Part shown: positions 27,773 through 37,016 of the stretch, in pieces
Numbering within the stretch: the stretch's first letter is position 1
Layout of the letters: every line of letters begins with the position of its first letter
NCBI GenBank assembly: GCA_965249005.1
Contig: CBDFLD010000011.1
Location: 8,303-72,302 of the forward strand
DNA from: Acidobacteriota bacterium
GTDB lineage: Bacteria; Acidobacteriota; UBA6911
Direction of reading: 5' to 3'
Length of the DNA: 64,000 nt
Translations under genes and position numbers: made by a program
The notes under the pieces: model-generated
Database searches by the model: none
Told to the model about the DNA's origin: nothing
What the model saw: the letters and a program-made list of their open reading frames with translations, nothing else

Positions 27773-29737
27773 TCAAGGGGCTTTGACAGAAGCGATAATC
27801 TCTTTGTCTTCTTCCGACAAGGCCAAGTTGTCGTTGCAGCAGTTCGCCTCCGGTTGGTTCGTCAGGACTGGAAGAAACAACTCATGCTCGTCATTCCCCA
27901 GCCCGACCTCCTTCCCTTTTGCAAATATCTCATGGCGACCCTTTTCACGGTGCCATTCCCCAAGCGTGGCCGTTTGATGCATATTTTCGATGATCTGGCG
28001 CCAGCCGACGCCGGTGTTGTAGGCACAGAAGGATATCTCGCCTTCCTGAGTCCCATATGGAATCACGCACATTTCCGTTCGACGAAAGTCATAGGTCCAA
28101 AGATCTTGAAACCACATTCCCTCCACGCAAAGCACCCGCCATTCGTCCTGTTCCGAACGGGTCTGCATCCGGTCGTTGCGGTCGCTGTCGGACCGATCCG
28201 AGGTCGGTTTGAACAGGTTGAGGATCTGCGATATGGGAAAGTTCTTGGGCGCCTGGTCCGCCTTGTAGTTGCGCATTACCGAAAGGGACAGCTGAAAAGC
28301 GGTAAGCGATCTTCCACGAGCGGTATCCGTGATGATGGCCACGTCTCGAATGAACTGTTCGTAATCGAAGAACTTAAACAGTGGGGTGCATTCGCTGGTG
28401 CTGCGGTTGACAACCAGCAGGCTGAATATGCCGCAGTTTGGGTGGCAGTTGCAGGCGCTCCAACCCCACGGGGCTTCCGGGCCCTGCATGATATCCATGA
28501 CGCTCGTGAAGGCACTGTAGGAAGAAAGCGGAAACCAATCGCGCATTGGCTTCCAATCGACCTCGAGTTGCTGCTGGAGCTCTTGGGTCATCTGAGACAG
28601 GGTGTACCGCTGCGAGGCTCTCGTTTCGTCGTCGATTTCTTCATCCCTTCCTGTAAAGGAGACCGGCTGAAACGCGATCGTCTGCACCTTGTCGATGTTT
28701 TTGGCCGCGAACTCGACAATCGGGCCGATACCGTCGTTGTTGATGCCGTTGACGATCGTCGTGACAAGGGTCGTTTTCATGCCGACTTTCGCCATGTTTT
28801 CGATGGCGCGCAGTTTGACGTCGAGTAAGTTTCCTACCCCGCGGTGTTCATTCTTCTCGTTGGTCACGCCGTCGAACTGAAGGTACGCGCCATGTAGGCC
28901 CGCCTCGTACGCCTCTCGGGTGAACTCTTCGCTTTGCGCAAAGCGTATTCCATTCGTTGCCGCCATGAGCCGGTAGAAACCGATCTTTTTGGCATATGCC
29001 ACGGCTTCCAGAAAAAAAGGCGAGAGCGTGGGCTCCCCGCCCGAGAACAAGATGATGATCTGCCGGCGCGGCTTGAAAGAAATCGCGCGATCCAGGATCG
29101 CTTTGATGTCATCGAATTCTGGTTCGTGGACATAGCCAACTTGATTGGCATCCATGAAACAAGGGTTGCACATCATATTGCAACGGTTGGTCAAATCCAC
29201 TGTCAGAACCGCTCCGCGGCCATACTGGATCGAGGAGGTCCCATGTTTGTGAACCTCTGCATCCTCGGCGCTGCGAAAATCGCGCCCAAAGAAGAGGCCT
29301 TCGATACGTCGGGTGAAATCGGCATCGGTGGAAAGGGTGTCCTGGAATGATCCATGGGTTGGACACTCCTTGCGCATGAGCACCTGACCGTCTTCCTCTA
29401 CGATTTGCGCCTTGATCTCCCCCGGGTGACTGTCGGCAAGCACTGAGAGGTCGACTTCGCCACGAATGATGGAGCTCCGGACCTCGGGTACGCATTTGGG
29501 ACAAAGAGAGTCGGTGACACGAGGAAGGCCAAGCGGTGGTGCCGTTCGTTCATGGCTCTTGAGCATCCTACCGGGCGCCCACTTGGGTGTTGGAAGTTCG
29601 CCTTCTCCGATCCGAGTGTTCAGTGCCTGGAAGAGTTTCCAGGTCAGCCCCGAAAGCTCCGACACGATCGTCGAGCCTGTCCATTTCCGAAGCAGCTTGT
29701 TTGGTCCTTCGTCTCGCACCATGTGATCGGTATACAT
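27773..29737 (-). CDS. Radical SAM enzyme of the tetraether-lipid synthase (Tes / GDGT-MAS, MJ0619-type) family
   Basis: Rubredoxin-like SLCPKCVPEV...MRKECPTHGSF, radical SAM LTNRCNMMCNPCFMD, downstream Cys motifs SACNCHPNCGIF and RTEMCVIPYGTQEGEISFCAYNTGVGWR. I recognise this overall layout from the MJ0619-type family. Confidence 0.7.
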   Translation of the reverse strand: MYTDHMVRDEGPNKLLRKWTGSTIVSELSGLTWKLFQALNTRIGEGELPTPKWAPGRMLKSHERTAPPLGLPRVTDSLCPKCVPEVRSSIIRGEVDLSVLADSHPGEIKAQIVEEDGQVLMRKECPTHGSFQDTLSTDADFTRRIEGLFFGRDFRSAEDAEVHKHGTSSIQYGRGAVLTVDLTNRCNMMCNPCFMDANQVGYVHEPEFDDIKAILDRAISFKPRRQIIILFSGGEPTLSPFFLEAVAYAKKIGFYRLMAATNGIRFAQSEEFTREAYEAGLHGAYLQFDGVTNEKNEHRGVGNLLDVKLRAIENMAKVGMKTTLVTTIVNGINNDGIGPIVEFAAKNIDKVQTIAFQPVSFTGRDEEIDDETRASQRYTLSQMTQELQQQLEVDWKPMRDWFPLSSYSAFTSVMDIMQGPEAPWGWSACNCHPNCGIFSLLVVNRSTSECTPLFKFFDYEQFIRDVAIITDTARGRSLTAFQLSLSVMRNYKADQAPKNFPISQILNLFKPTSDRSDSDRNDRMQTRSEQDEWRVLCVEGMWFQDLWTYDFRRTEMCVIPYGTQEGEISFCAYNTGVGWRQIIENMHQTATLGEWHREKGRHEIFAKGKEVGLGNDEHELFLPVLTNQPEANCCNDNLALSEEDKEIIASVKAP

Positions 29738-29882
29738 TCCTCAACTCCCCGTGATCAGTGACCAAACAGTTCTATCGACCCCAACGTGTGCTGTATTCAC
29801 AATTCCGTCGTCGCTGCACACCCGTAACTGCTAAAACTACCAATATTCGGCCTTGGAATGCAACAAAAACCGAAGGTTGGAA

Positions 29883-30437
29883 TCATGCTAAAGTCTTGAT
29901 TATTAGGAAGGTTTCGATCAACAAGAAACCGATCAGGGTCCTGTGCTCGCCGTTGTGCGTGACTCGTGACCAGCGAAAGATCGATGTCAACCGGGCCTCG
30001 GCCGTGCGGTTGCGGGAAAAACGGGGGAAGAAGATCGGCACCTCCTGTCGGTATTCCATGAACTTCGATCCATATCCAGACAGCAGTTCTGCTTCTTCCG
30101 CCTTCATGACCGGGTAGTAGAAGATTGCAAAAAAGACTCCAAAGGGAACGAGCAGCCAGAAAGCCTGACCGGCTGCTATGACGCCAATGGCCATGAAGAG
30201 CGATCCCAGATAGAGCGGGTTTCGAGAGCAAGCGTAGGGCCCACCCTTGGTCAAGGCCTTTCCCTTGTCGATGTGCCCGGACGCCCACAAGCGCAGGAGC
30301 ACCCCCACAACGGCCACTGCGCCACCGACCGATAGGGAACGCCAGGAGGGTCGCATCAGGATCAAAAACACGATTCCGATCACGGTGCCGACCGGCACCC
30401 GGAGCCTCTGAGCAAGTTTGCCCCAAGACTTCATCAT
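29883..30437 (-). CDS. Membrane methyltransferase, ICMT/PEMT (isoprenylcysteine carboxyl / phospholipid methyltransferase) family
   Basis: Polytopic. The LTKGGPYACSRNPLYLGSLFMAIG motif is typical of the family. ATG 30437 (MMKSWGKL...) is preferred over the ORF-track start at 30545, which would overlap the upstream gene. Confidence 0.75.
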   Translation of the reverse strand: MMKSWGKLAQRLRVPVGTVIGIVFLILMRPSWRSLSVGGAVAVVGVLLRLWASGHIDKGKALTKGGPYACSRNPLYLGSLFMAIGVIAAGQAFWLLVPFGVFFAIFYYPVMKAEEAELLSGYGSKFMEYRQEVPIFFPRFSRNRTAEARLTSIFRWSRVTHNGEHRTLIGFLLIETFLIIKTLA

Positions 30438-30462
30438 CGCGACTCGATTCGATAGAGGCGAA

Positions 30463-32472
30463 TCAACCGCGCGCCGGCTGCATGGTCGTCCGCTCACGTG
30501 TAAAGGGTTGTGCCAGCCACTTTTTAGCTTCTTCCTGGGCCCCAAACGTCTCGTCTTTAGTATTGGCGGCCTTGTTGTACTCGGCCAAGGCGCGCTGACG
30601 CTGTCCCAAGATGTCGTAGACTTTACCGAGATAAATGTACGACCAAACTTCGATCCAAGCTGGTTCCCGGTCTCCGTTCAGAGCGTCCCTGAAAGAGTTG
30701 GCGGCAGCCTGCAGGTTGAATTGTTCCCAAAAGACCTCAGCCAGTCGAAAGTGGGCCAGGGACTTGCGCGCGTTGAGTTGTATGGCCTCCTCATAGGCCC
30801 GAATTGCATCGATGAATTGCTCTTTTTCCTTGTAGTCATCTCCCCGAGAGATCTGGACCGTAGTCTGGAGCTCCCTGGAATCGCGCAAAATCTTGTTGTC
30901 TGGATCGATGGTAACCTTGAGCGGCATCGAGAAGGTGTTCATATCGAAGGCCGCTGATTTTCCCCTCAGCTCGATCTCTGTCTTCTTTGTTCCATCCTTC
31001 GTCTCGACTTCGATTTCAATCGGCATGCGGAACAGATCTCGGTCCTGGGAGACGCTCCCGGAAATGCGAAACCCATCCACAGTTTTGAAAACGATATACT
31101 CCGTATCCAATTCCGGAACCCCGATTGTGTCCACCCACTCGGCCACGAACCACGCCAAACTTTCACCGTGAATCTCCTCGGCAAGCTGGCGAAAGTCCGC
31201 CGTTGACCCTCCCGACTCGGCGAAGCGGGCGATGTATTCTCGCTGCAACTGGTTGAAATTGTCCTCCCCGAGAATGGGCCGGAGCATATTGAGAATCCAG
31301 GCCCCCTTGCCGGCAACGACCGATTCGTAGTCCTCGGTGCGGTAGCCAAGCCCGACGCCCACGCGGACGGCGCTCTTGCTCTCGGATTTTAGCCCCAGCA
31401 CAGCAAGCTGGCTGACCTCGTCTGCAAAAGCCTCTTCTCCCCCAACCGAGCCAAGATAGAGCGCAGCCGAAAAATAAGACATCCCATCGACGAGCCAGAG
31501 ATCATCCGGACTCCTGGGGGTAACGGTTTCTCCCCACCATTGATACGCCGCCCGGCGGGCCAACCAACGTGAGTCCGGCTCCGTTGCGGATAGCTCCTTG
31601 TTGGTGACAAATACGGTTCCCAGAGTGCCGGGGTGCATCCGCACACGATCATCGACTTCTACCAGACGAAACGACTTTCCCGCCGCCGCGGGTCCGAATG
31701 ATTCGGTGTAGAATTGCAAGATCTCCGCCAGAACTTCTGCCGACTGCTCGATCGCATCCAGGTGCCGCTCCTCGGCCAGGCAGGTAATCGTGACGTCTCC
31801 GAGTTGGACCTCCTTCTCGAAGTATCGGCCGGCAACCACGGATCCGCTCAGAATCGGCTTTCCGGAGCCCCAGCTAAAACTCTCCGTGATTCCCTTGGTC
31901 ACGACGTTCAGCTGGTTGCCCGGACCCACGACGGTCATGCCAAGCGGGACTGTAATCTCGAAATCAACCACTACCCGATCAGCCAGGAAACCACTTACCG
32001 GGAACCATTTGGCCAGAAAAAGCAGGTACGTTCCCTCCATTCCGATATACGCACTCGATTCATCCCTCGCGTAGAGGCGGCTGAATTGGTCCCTGTCGAA
32101 GCCCCCTTCGTATTCCATCTTTATCGTCTTGGCAATCCCGGGATCGAGCGGCGCGCCGAAGCGGAGCGCGAGAAGGCCAGGACCCGAATCACCCTGCCCG
32201 AATTCGATTTCCACCCCCTCGCTGTCCAGGATTCGCCTCACCGAGAGATTCTCGCTTATCTCGAACACTACTGTTTCCGTGGCCTCGAGCGGTGTGAACA
32301 CGACCTCGGCAACCGCTTCCAGTTCGTGGTCCTCGGGCATGAGCTCAGCCTGAACCTTGAGCTGGTCCACCCGAATCATCGGCCTGGATTGAGAATAGGA
32401 ATGATGGCCGACGGAAAGCAAGAGAGCTAGCAAGAGCAGCGGTCTCATACTCGACATTTTCCCCGACTCCAT
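30463..32472 (-). CDS. Secreted M1-aminopeptidase-like protein with degenerate active site and C-terminal TPR repeats
   Basis: Signal peptide MSSMRPLLLLALLLSVGHHSYSQ. M1 homology HPGTLGTVFV...LARRAAYQWWGETVTPRSPDDLWLVDGMSYFSA, where GAMEN has become GTLGT and HExxH has become RRAAY. TPR-like C-terminus (AIRAYEEAIQLNARKSLAHFRLAEVFWEQ..., YIYLGKVYDILGQRQRALAEYNKA). Confidence 0.75.
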   Translation of the reverse strand: MESGKMSSMRPLLLLALLLSVGHHSYSQSRPMIRVDQLKVQAELMPEDHELEAVAEVVFTPLEATETVVFEISENLSVRRILDSEGVEIEFGQGDSGPGLLALRFGAPLDPGIAKTIKMEYEGGFDRDQFSRLYARDESSAYIGMEGTYLLFLAKWFPVSGFLADRVVVDFEITVPLGMTVVGPGNQLNVVTKGITESFSWGSGKPILSGSVVAGRYFEKEVQLGDVTITCLAEERHLDAIEQSAEVLAEILQFYTESFGPAAAGKSFRLVEVDDRVRMHPGTLGTVFVTNKELSATEPDSRWLARRAAYQWWGETVTPRSPDDLWLVDGMSYFSAALYLGSVGGEEAFADEVSQLAVLGLKSESKSAVRVGVGLGYRTEDYESVVAGKGAWILNMLRPILGEDNFNQLQREYIARFAESGGSTADFRQLAEEIHGESLAWFVAEWVDTIGVPELDTEYIVFKTVDGFRISGSVSQDRDLFRMPIEIEVETKDGTKKTEIELRGKSAAFDMNTFSMPLKVTIDPDNKILRDSRELQTTVQISRGDDYKEKEQFIDAIRAYEEAIQLNARKSLAHFRLAEVFWEQFNLQAAANSFRDALNGDREPAWIEVWSYIYLGKVYDILGQRQRALAEYNKAANTKDETFGAQEEAKKWLAQPFTRERTTMQPARG

Positions 32473-32481
32473 GGACTCAAC

Positions 32482-33633
32482 TCACAGATAACTCGCTACC
32501 ATTCTAGCAGCTGTTTCTGTTGCGGGCTGACGCCCGAGCGTCTCCCGAACGATCGCCAGATCGGAACAGAGCTGCGCGGCTCTCTGCGCATCCGAGAGTA
32601 TCTCCACGGAAACACGGCTCAGCGACTCGGCCGTTGCGTCCCCCTGCATGAACTCTGGCACGATTTCCTTTCCCGCGATCAAGTTTACCAGCCCTTTGAA
32701 AGGGCTACGAATGAGAATGTTACCGATGAACCAGCTCAAAGACGAAATCTTATACACGATGATGAAAGGGATCCCGACCAATGCGGCTTCCACGGTACTG
32801 GTTCCGCTCTTGACGATGGCAAAATCCGAGTTGCCCAGTACCACCTTGGTGTCCGTGCTTACGATCTTGAAGTATAGCGAGTTTGGATTCCCACCCAGTA
32901 TCTCGTTTGCCATCCCGCGGATCTGTCCCAGATCCAGCGACGGAGCCGCGGAGATCAAGAACTGGCAGGGAGTCACACGGAGGATCTCGAGCGATGCCCG
33001 CAGCAGGGTAGGCAAGATATACTCTACCTCTCGGCTCCGACTGCCCGGGAGAAGCGCTATCGTTTTGCGGCTGGGATCCAGATTCAGGTTTTGTAGAAAT
33101 TTCTTTCTGTCCAGCGTGCCGCCAAAGTCCTCCTCGAGAAGTGGATGACCGACGAACTCCACGTCGATTCCGCAGCGCTTGTAGAAATCGACCTCGAAAG
33201 GAAGAATGACCAGCATCTTGTCCACGTAGTCTCGAATAATCTTCACTCGCCCTCTGCGCCAAGCCCAAATCTGCGGGCTAATGTAGTAGATCACTTTCAC
33301 GCCCATGCGTTTCAGTTTTTTGGCCAGCCGGAGGTTGAACTCAGGGAAATCGAGCAATACCGCCAAGTCAGGAGGCTCCTCGACGGCCTTGCTCAAGATG
33401 GCGTGAAACACTTCGAGGTAGGTGCCGAAGTGGCGGAGGGCTTCGCGGGGCCCAATACTTGCGAGCTTCGAGATATGGCACAGGAGATGGACGCCGGCGG
33501 CCTCCATCTCACCGCCGCCGGTACCAAAAAACTCCAACGGCTCCGCGCAATAGACCGATTTCAGCCTGTGGACCAGGCGAGCCCCGTAACGGTCTGCTGA
33601 AGCCTCTCCTACGACAATCAGGACTCGTTTCAT
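32482..33633 (-). CDS. lpxB: Lipid-A-disaccharide synthase
   Basis: MKRVLIVVGEASADRYGARLVHRLK ... YYISPQIWAWRRGRVKII ... are LpxB motifs. ATG 33633 abuts the mnmA stop. The ORF track starts at 33654. Confidence 0.9.
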   Translation of the reverse strand: MKRVLIVVGEASADRYGARLVHRLKSVYCAEPLEFFGTGGGEMEAAGVHLLCHISKLASIGPREALRHFGTYLEVFHAILSKAVEEPPDLAVLLDFPEFNLRLAKKLKRMGVKVIYYISPQIWAWRRGRVKIIRDYVDKMLVILPFEVDFYKRCGIDVEFVGHPLLEEDFGGTLDRKKFLQNLNLDPSRKTIALLPGSRSREVEYILPTLLRASLEILRVTPCQFLISAAPSLDLGQIRGMANEILGGNPNSLYFKIVSTDTKVVLGNSDFAIVKSGTSTVEAALVGIPFIIVYKISSLSWFIGNILIRSPFKGLVNLIAGKEIVPEFMQGDATAESLSRVSVEILSDAQRAAQLCSDLAIVRETLGRQPATETAARMVASYL

Positions 33634-34760
33634 AGATCGTGGCGCGCGATCCACCCGCCACCCACCACCGTCTCCTCTTGATAGAAGACGATCGCCTGAC
33701 CAGGAGACACGCCGTGCTGGGGTGTATCGAACACTACCTCCAAGCTTCCGTCGCCGCAGGGGGTAATGACAGCCGGCGACTCCTGGTGACGGGAACGAAT
33801 CTTGGCGTGGGCCTCAAACGGCCCTTGGGGTGGGGAAATCGCAATCCAGTTTGGGTCAATCACCCGGCAATCCAAACGGCTTACGCCCGGCCGCTCATCG
33901 ACGACGACCCGGTTTGCCTCGGGCTGAATCTCGACCACGTAGAGAGGTGCGGAATGAGCGATACCCAGCCCTCGTCGCTGGCCGACGGTGTAGCGATGGA
34001 TGCCTTGATGTTTTCCCAGCACCCGGCCCGATCTGTTCACGATTGGCCCTGGCGGAAACGGATCGTTCCCGGTGTCGCTGGAAACATCCCGATAGTGGCG
34101 CTCGATGAAATCGGCGTACTTGCCGTCCGGAACAAAACAAATCTCCTGGCTTTCGGGCTTGTCGGCGACCTCGAGCCCTTGTTGTCGGGCGATGCCTCGG
34201 ACCTGCTGCTTCTTCATCCCGCCCAACGGGAATACAGCCTTGGACAGCTGTTGTTGGGTCAGCCCAAACAGAAAATAGGATTGATCCTTTTCCGTGAACA
34301 CCGCCTTCTGGAGCAGATACCGTCCCGTGCCCCGATCCAAGGCAACCTGGGCGTAATGCCCTGTCGCCACCCGTTGGGCATCCACTTCATCGGCAATCTT
34401 CATCAGATGGTCGAACTTCATGCGCGAGTTGCAGAGCACGCACGGAGAAGGAGTCCGACCGGAGCGATAGTTCTCGATAAAGTCTCGTACCACTGTCTGG
34501 GCAAACTGTTTCTGAAAGTTCACCACGTAGTAAGGAAACCCCAGATGAGAGGCGACGGCGCGGGCGTCGTAGAGATCGTCGAGCGAGCAACACTTCCCAG
34601 CAACCGGTTCGTTCCCTGAAGAGACCTGGGCCGTTTGGTCCCACAACTGCATAGAAAAGCCAACCAAGTCGTAACCCTGCTCCTTGAGGATAGCCGCGGC
34701 GACGGAGCTATCCACACCACCACTCATTGCCACTGCGATGCGAGTGGACTCCCCAGTCAT
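33630..34760 (-). CDS. mnmA: tRNA 2-thiouridine(34) synthase
   Basis: IAVAMSGGVDSSVAAAILKEQGYDLVGFSMQLW (PP-loop) ... CCSLDDLYDARAVASHLGFPYYVVNF ... ATGHYA. Confidence 0.95.
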   Translation of the reverse strand: MTGESTRIAVAMSGGVDSSVAAAILKEQGYDLVGFSMQLWDQTAQVSSGNEPVAGKCCSLDDLYDARAVASHLGFPYYVVNFQKQFAQTVVRDFIENYRSGRTPSPCVLCNSRMKFDHLMKIADEVDAQRVATGHYAQVALDRGTGRYLLQKAVFTEKDQSYFLFGLTQQQLSKAVFPLGGMKKQQVRGIARQQGLEVADKPESQEICFVPDGKYADFIERHYRDVSSDTGNDPFPPGPIVNRSGRVLGKHQGIHRYTVGQRRGLGIAHSAPLYVVEIQPEANRVVVDERPGVSRLDCRVIDPNWIAISPPQGPFEAHAKIRSRHQESPAVITPCGDGSLEVVFDTPQHGVSPGQAIVFYQEETVVGGGWIARHDL

Positions 34761-35641
34761 GCAACCTCCTCCACCGGAATCCAGAGAATGCCGCTTCGGC
34801 CCACATGAACATCTTTGAAATTGGGCCGAATGTAGTATTCATCGACGTTCGAAAGATCCTGTAGGTACTTCTGGTGAAGTCTGGAAATCTCTTTGCGCGT
34901 TTCCATCTCCAGTGAAAGCAAGGGCTCTTCGGTCACCTCCTGGAGACGCACGGGATAATCCGGAACCGATGGAATGTTTGGGTCGCCCAATTCCGTCTCC
35001 AGAAATAGGTTCGTGAGTCTTTCAGAGACCTGATGCATACGACTCTTCCAATGAGAGCTTGACTTGACGGCTCCGAAATCCTCCGCTGGCCCCTTCTGGT
35101 AACATTCCCTCAACCGCTCCATCCTTCGAAGGACCACTTCCCGAATGGAGTCCATCTCCTTTTTGAAAGAATCGGCAAGTAGCTCTACACAACGAGAACC
35201 GAATTCATCCTGAGACTCCCCGGTGTGGGAATAGGTGTTCAGTGTAAAGTTGCGATAAATGCGCACGTGGTGGTGCCGCATGAGGTAGGTAAGGAACAGG
35301 GTTTCCATTCTCGCTATCGTATCCACGCTCAGAAACTCCGGGAGTGGAGTCCTCGTCGCGGTATCCGGGACTCCCTGGACGATGCCCAAGGGCTCTTCGT
35401 CGGAGACCATATCGGGCGTCCACAACAGATCCGTCTCGAGGGGGAGAAGCTCGACAGACTTGCAGATACTGACGGTCCCGCGAAACCCCGATCTCACGTC
35501 GGCAAAGTCGATCTTCGTTTCGAAGTATACGCGCGGGCTGTAGTGATCTGCCCGCTCGCCCGGACGGGGCTGCCGATGAAACTGTTCAACCGAATCTATG
35601 TCTCGTTGAAAATATGCCTTGGAAACAAAGGGCATGCACAC
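34757..35641 (-). CDS. Hypothetical protein (no family recognised), translationally coupled to mnmA
   Basis: 294-aa ORF with coding-like composition. Its stop overlaps the mnmA start by 4 nt. No TM segment or signal peptide noticed. Confidence 0.55.
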   Translation of the reverse strand: MCMPFVSKAYFQRDIDSVEQFHRQPRPGERADHYSPRVYFETKIDFADVRSGFRGTVSICKSVELLPLETDLLWTPDMVSDEEPLGIVQGVPDTATRTPLPEFLSVDTIARMETLFLTYLMRHHHVRIYRNFTLNTYSHTGESQDEFGSRCVELLADSFKKEMDSIREVVLRRMERLRECYQKGPAEDFGAVKSSSHWKSRMHQVSERLTNLFLETELGDPNIPSVPDYPVRLQEVTEEPLLSLEMETRKEISRLHQKYLQDLSNVDEYYIRPNFKDVHVGRSGILWIPVEEVA

Positions 35642-35870
35642 CCCTAGCGGACGGGGGATTGTAGCACGCCAGGAGACGTCCGTGAAGCGAATCTGCGCCG
35701 GGTCTTCGACCCGGCACGCTTTCCGCTAAGCGTCATCCGCTTGGCGCCATGATGGCTAGGCGTTCCTAGGCATCCCTCGGACGCACGAAGGGATGGGAAC
35801 GTTCGGGCATATGAACTCGAAACGGATGGGGATGAGCGGGAAACGGGGTGAGCGGGAAACGGATAGTGTG

Positions 35871-35891
35871 CTGGGCGCACGAAGCGCCCAG
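35871..35891 (-). terminator. Hairpin CTGGGCGC-ACGAA-GCGCCCAG immediately downstream of the ECF sigma stop
   Basis: 8-bp GC-rich stem located 4 nt after the stop codon (35895-35897). No strong U-run. Confidence 0.4.
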
Positions 35892-35894
35892 TAC

Positions 35895-36542
35895 CTAATG
35901 CACCGTGACGGGACAGCTCTTTTCCGTCATGGCGTTGAAGATCTCCTTGAATTCCTGCCGCCCGTAAAAAAGCCGGGACTTGACCGTTCCCAGCGGCACA
36001 TCCAGGATCTGAGAAATCTCTTGAATCGTATTCCCTTCCAGATCGTGGAGCCGCACGACAACCCCTTGCTTACGGGACATGCGCAGAAAGGCCCGTTCGA
36101 TGAGCTCGCGTAGCTCCCCGAGCGTGGCATACTCGAGCGGATCGTTGTCCGGGTTCTTGTCCACGGGAATCTGCCGGGCCGACTCCTCTTCCAGCTCGAC
36201 GAACAACTTTTGCTTCCCCCGGCGCAGGATCCCCAAACACACGTTGACGGTGATTCTACTGATCCAGGTTGATATTTTCGACTCGCCTCGGAAACGCGGA
36301 AGTCCCCGGTAAATGTTGAGCAAGGTTTCCTGGAGTGCATCCTCTGCCGAGGCATGCTCCCCCAAGATTCGAAAGGCCGTGTTGAAGATTTTCCGGTAGT
36401 ATTTGGCAACCAGCTCATCGTAGGTGTCAACGCCGCGAACCGTGCCCTCTACGTTGGTACCGGCAGGCCTGGCTAGGATACATGCGTTCGGGCTTGCAGT
36501 GTGGCTTGTGATCATGCTCTCCCCAGGAAACGCCATCGCCAA
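35895..36542 (-). CDS. ECF-type RNA polymerase sigma factor (sigma-70 family, regions 2 and 4)
   Basis: YYRKIFNTAFRILGEHASAEDALQETLLNIYRGLPRFRGESKISTWISRITVNVCL (region 2) ... LEGNTIQEISQILDVPLGTVKSRLFYGRQEF (region 4). The start codon is uncertain. Confidence 0.85.
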   Translation of the reverse strand: MAMAFPGESMITSHTASPNACILARPAGTNVEGTVRGVDTYDELVAKYYRKIFNTAFRILGEHASAEDALQETLLNIYRGLPRFRGESKISTWISRITVNVCLGILRRGKQKLFVELEEESARQIPVDKNPDNDPLEYATLGELRELIERAFLRMSRKQGVVVRLHDLEGNTIQEISQILDVPLGTVKSRLFYGRQEFKEIFNAMTEKSCPVTVH

Positions 36543-37016
36543 TCCGATGGGCTTTTCGTCATTGTTCGCCTACGGACCAGCAACGATCCCTTGCAAGTGC
36601 TGCCCGTGGGCGCCCCTTCCCCTTCTTACACGTCTTGTTACACTGCAAACGGCGTGCCAGATATTAGCTTCGGAACGTTATGATCTGCAAATTATTGATT
36701 ATATTGTAGTTATAATGTTGCCGGGAATAAATGCAGAACACGATTCTGCTGAGTCGGCAGATCCGAACTGTCCAACAATTGGACAATCCCCAATGATTCT
36801 TTCTAAAGGACTGAAGAAGCGGTGTTTAGAAGTGTAAAGACCCAGGATAGTGGGATGCCAGCATTTCCTACAGTGATTGCCCAGAAGGGACAGTTGAAAA
36901 GTTCGGGACTGAACAAAAAGAGGACTGAACAAAAAGGGACATCTCCTCCAAGTTTCCAAGCTTCCTGGAATGGATCCCGCGAAAAACCGTGGCGGGGGGA
37001 GAGGGACGTCCCCGAT

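Noticed and set aside
27719-28828. 369-aa plus-strand ORF
   Set aside because: It lies fully antisense to the radical SAM gene, whose minus-strand frame carries clear CxxxCxxC and family motifs. The plus-strand translation is Arg/Gly/Val-rich with no recognisable motif, typical of a shadow ORF in GC-rich DNA.
33639-34619. 326-aa plus-strand ORF
   Set aside because: Antisense shadow of mnmA.
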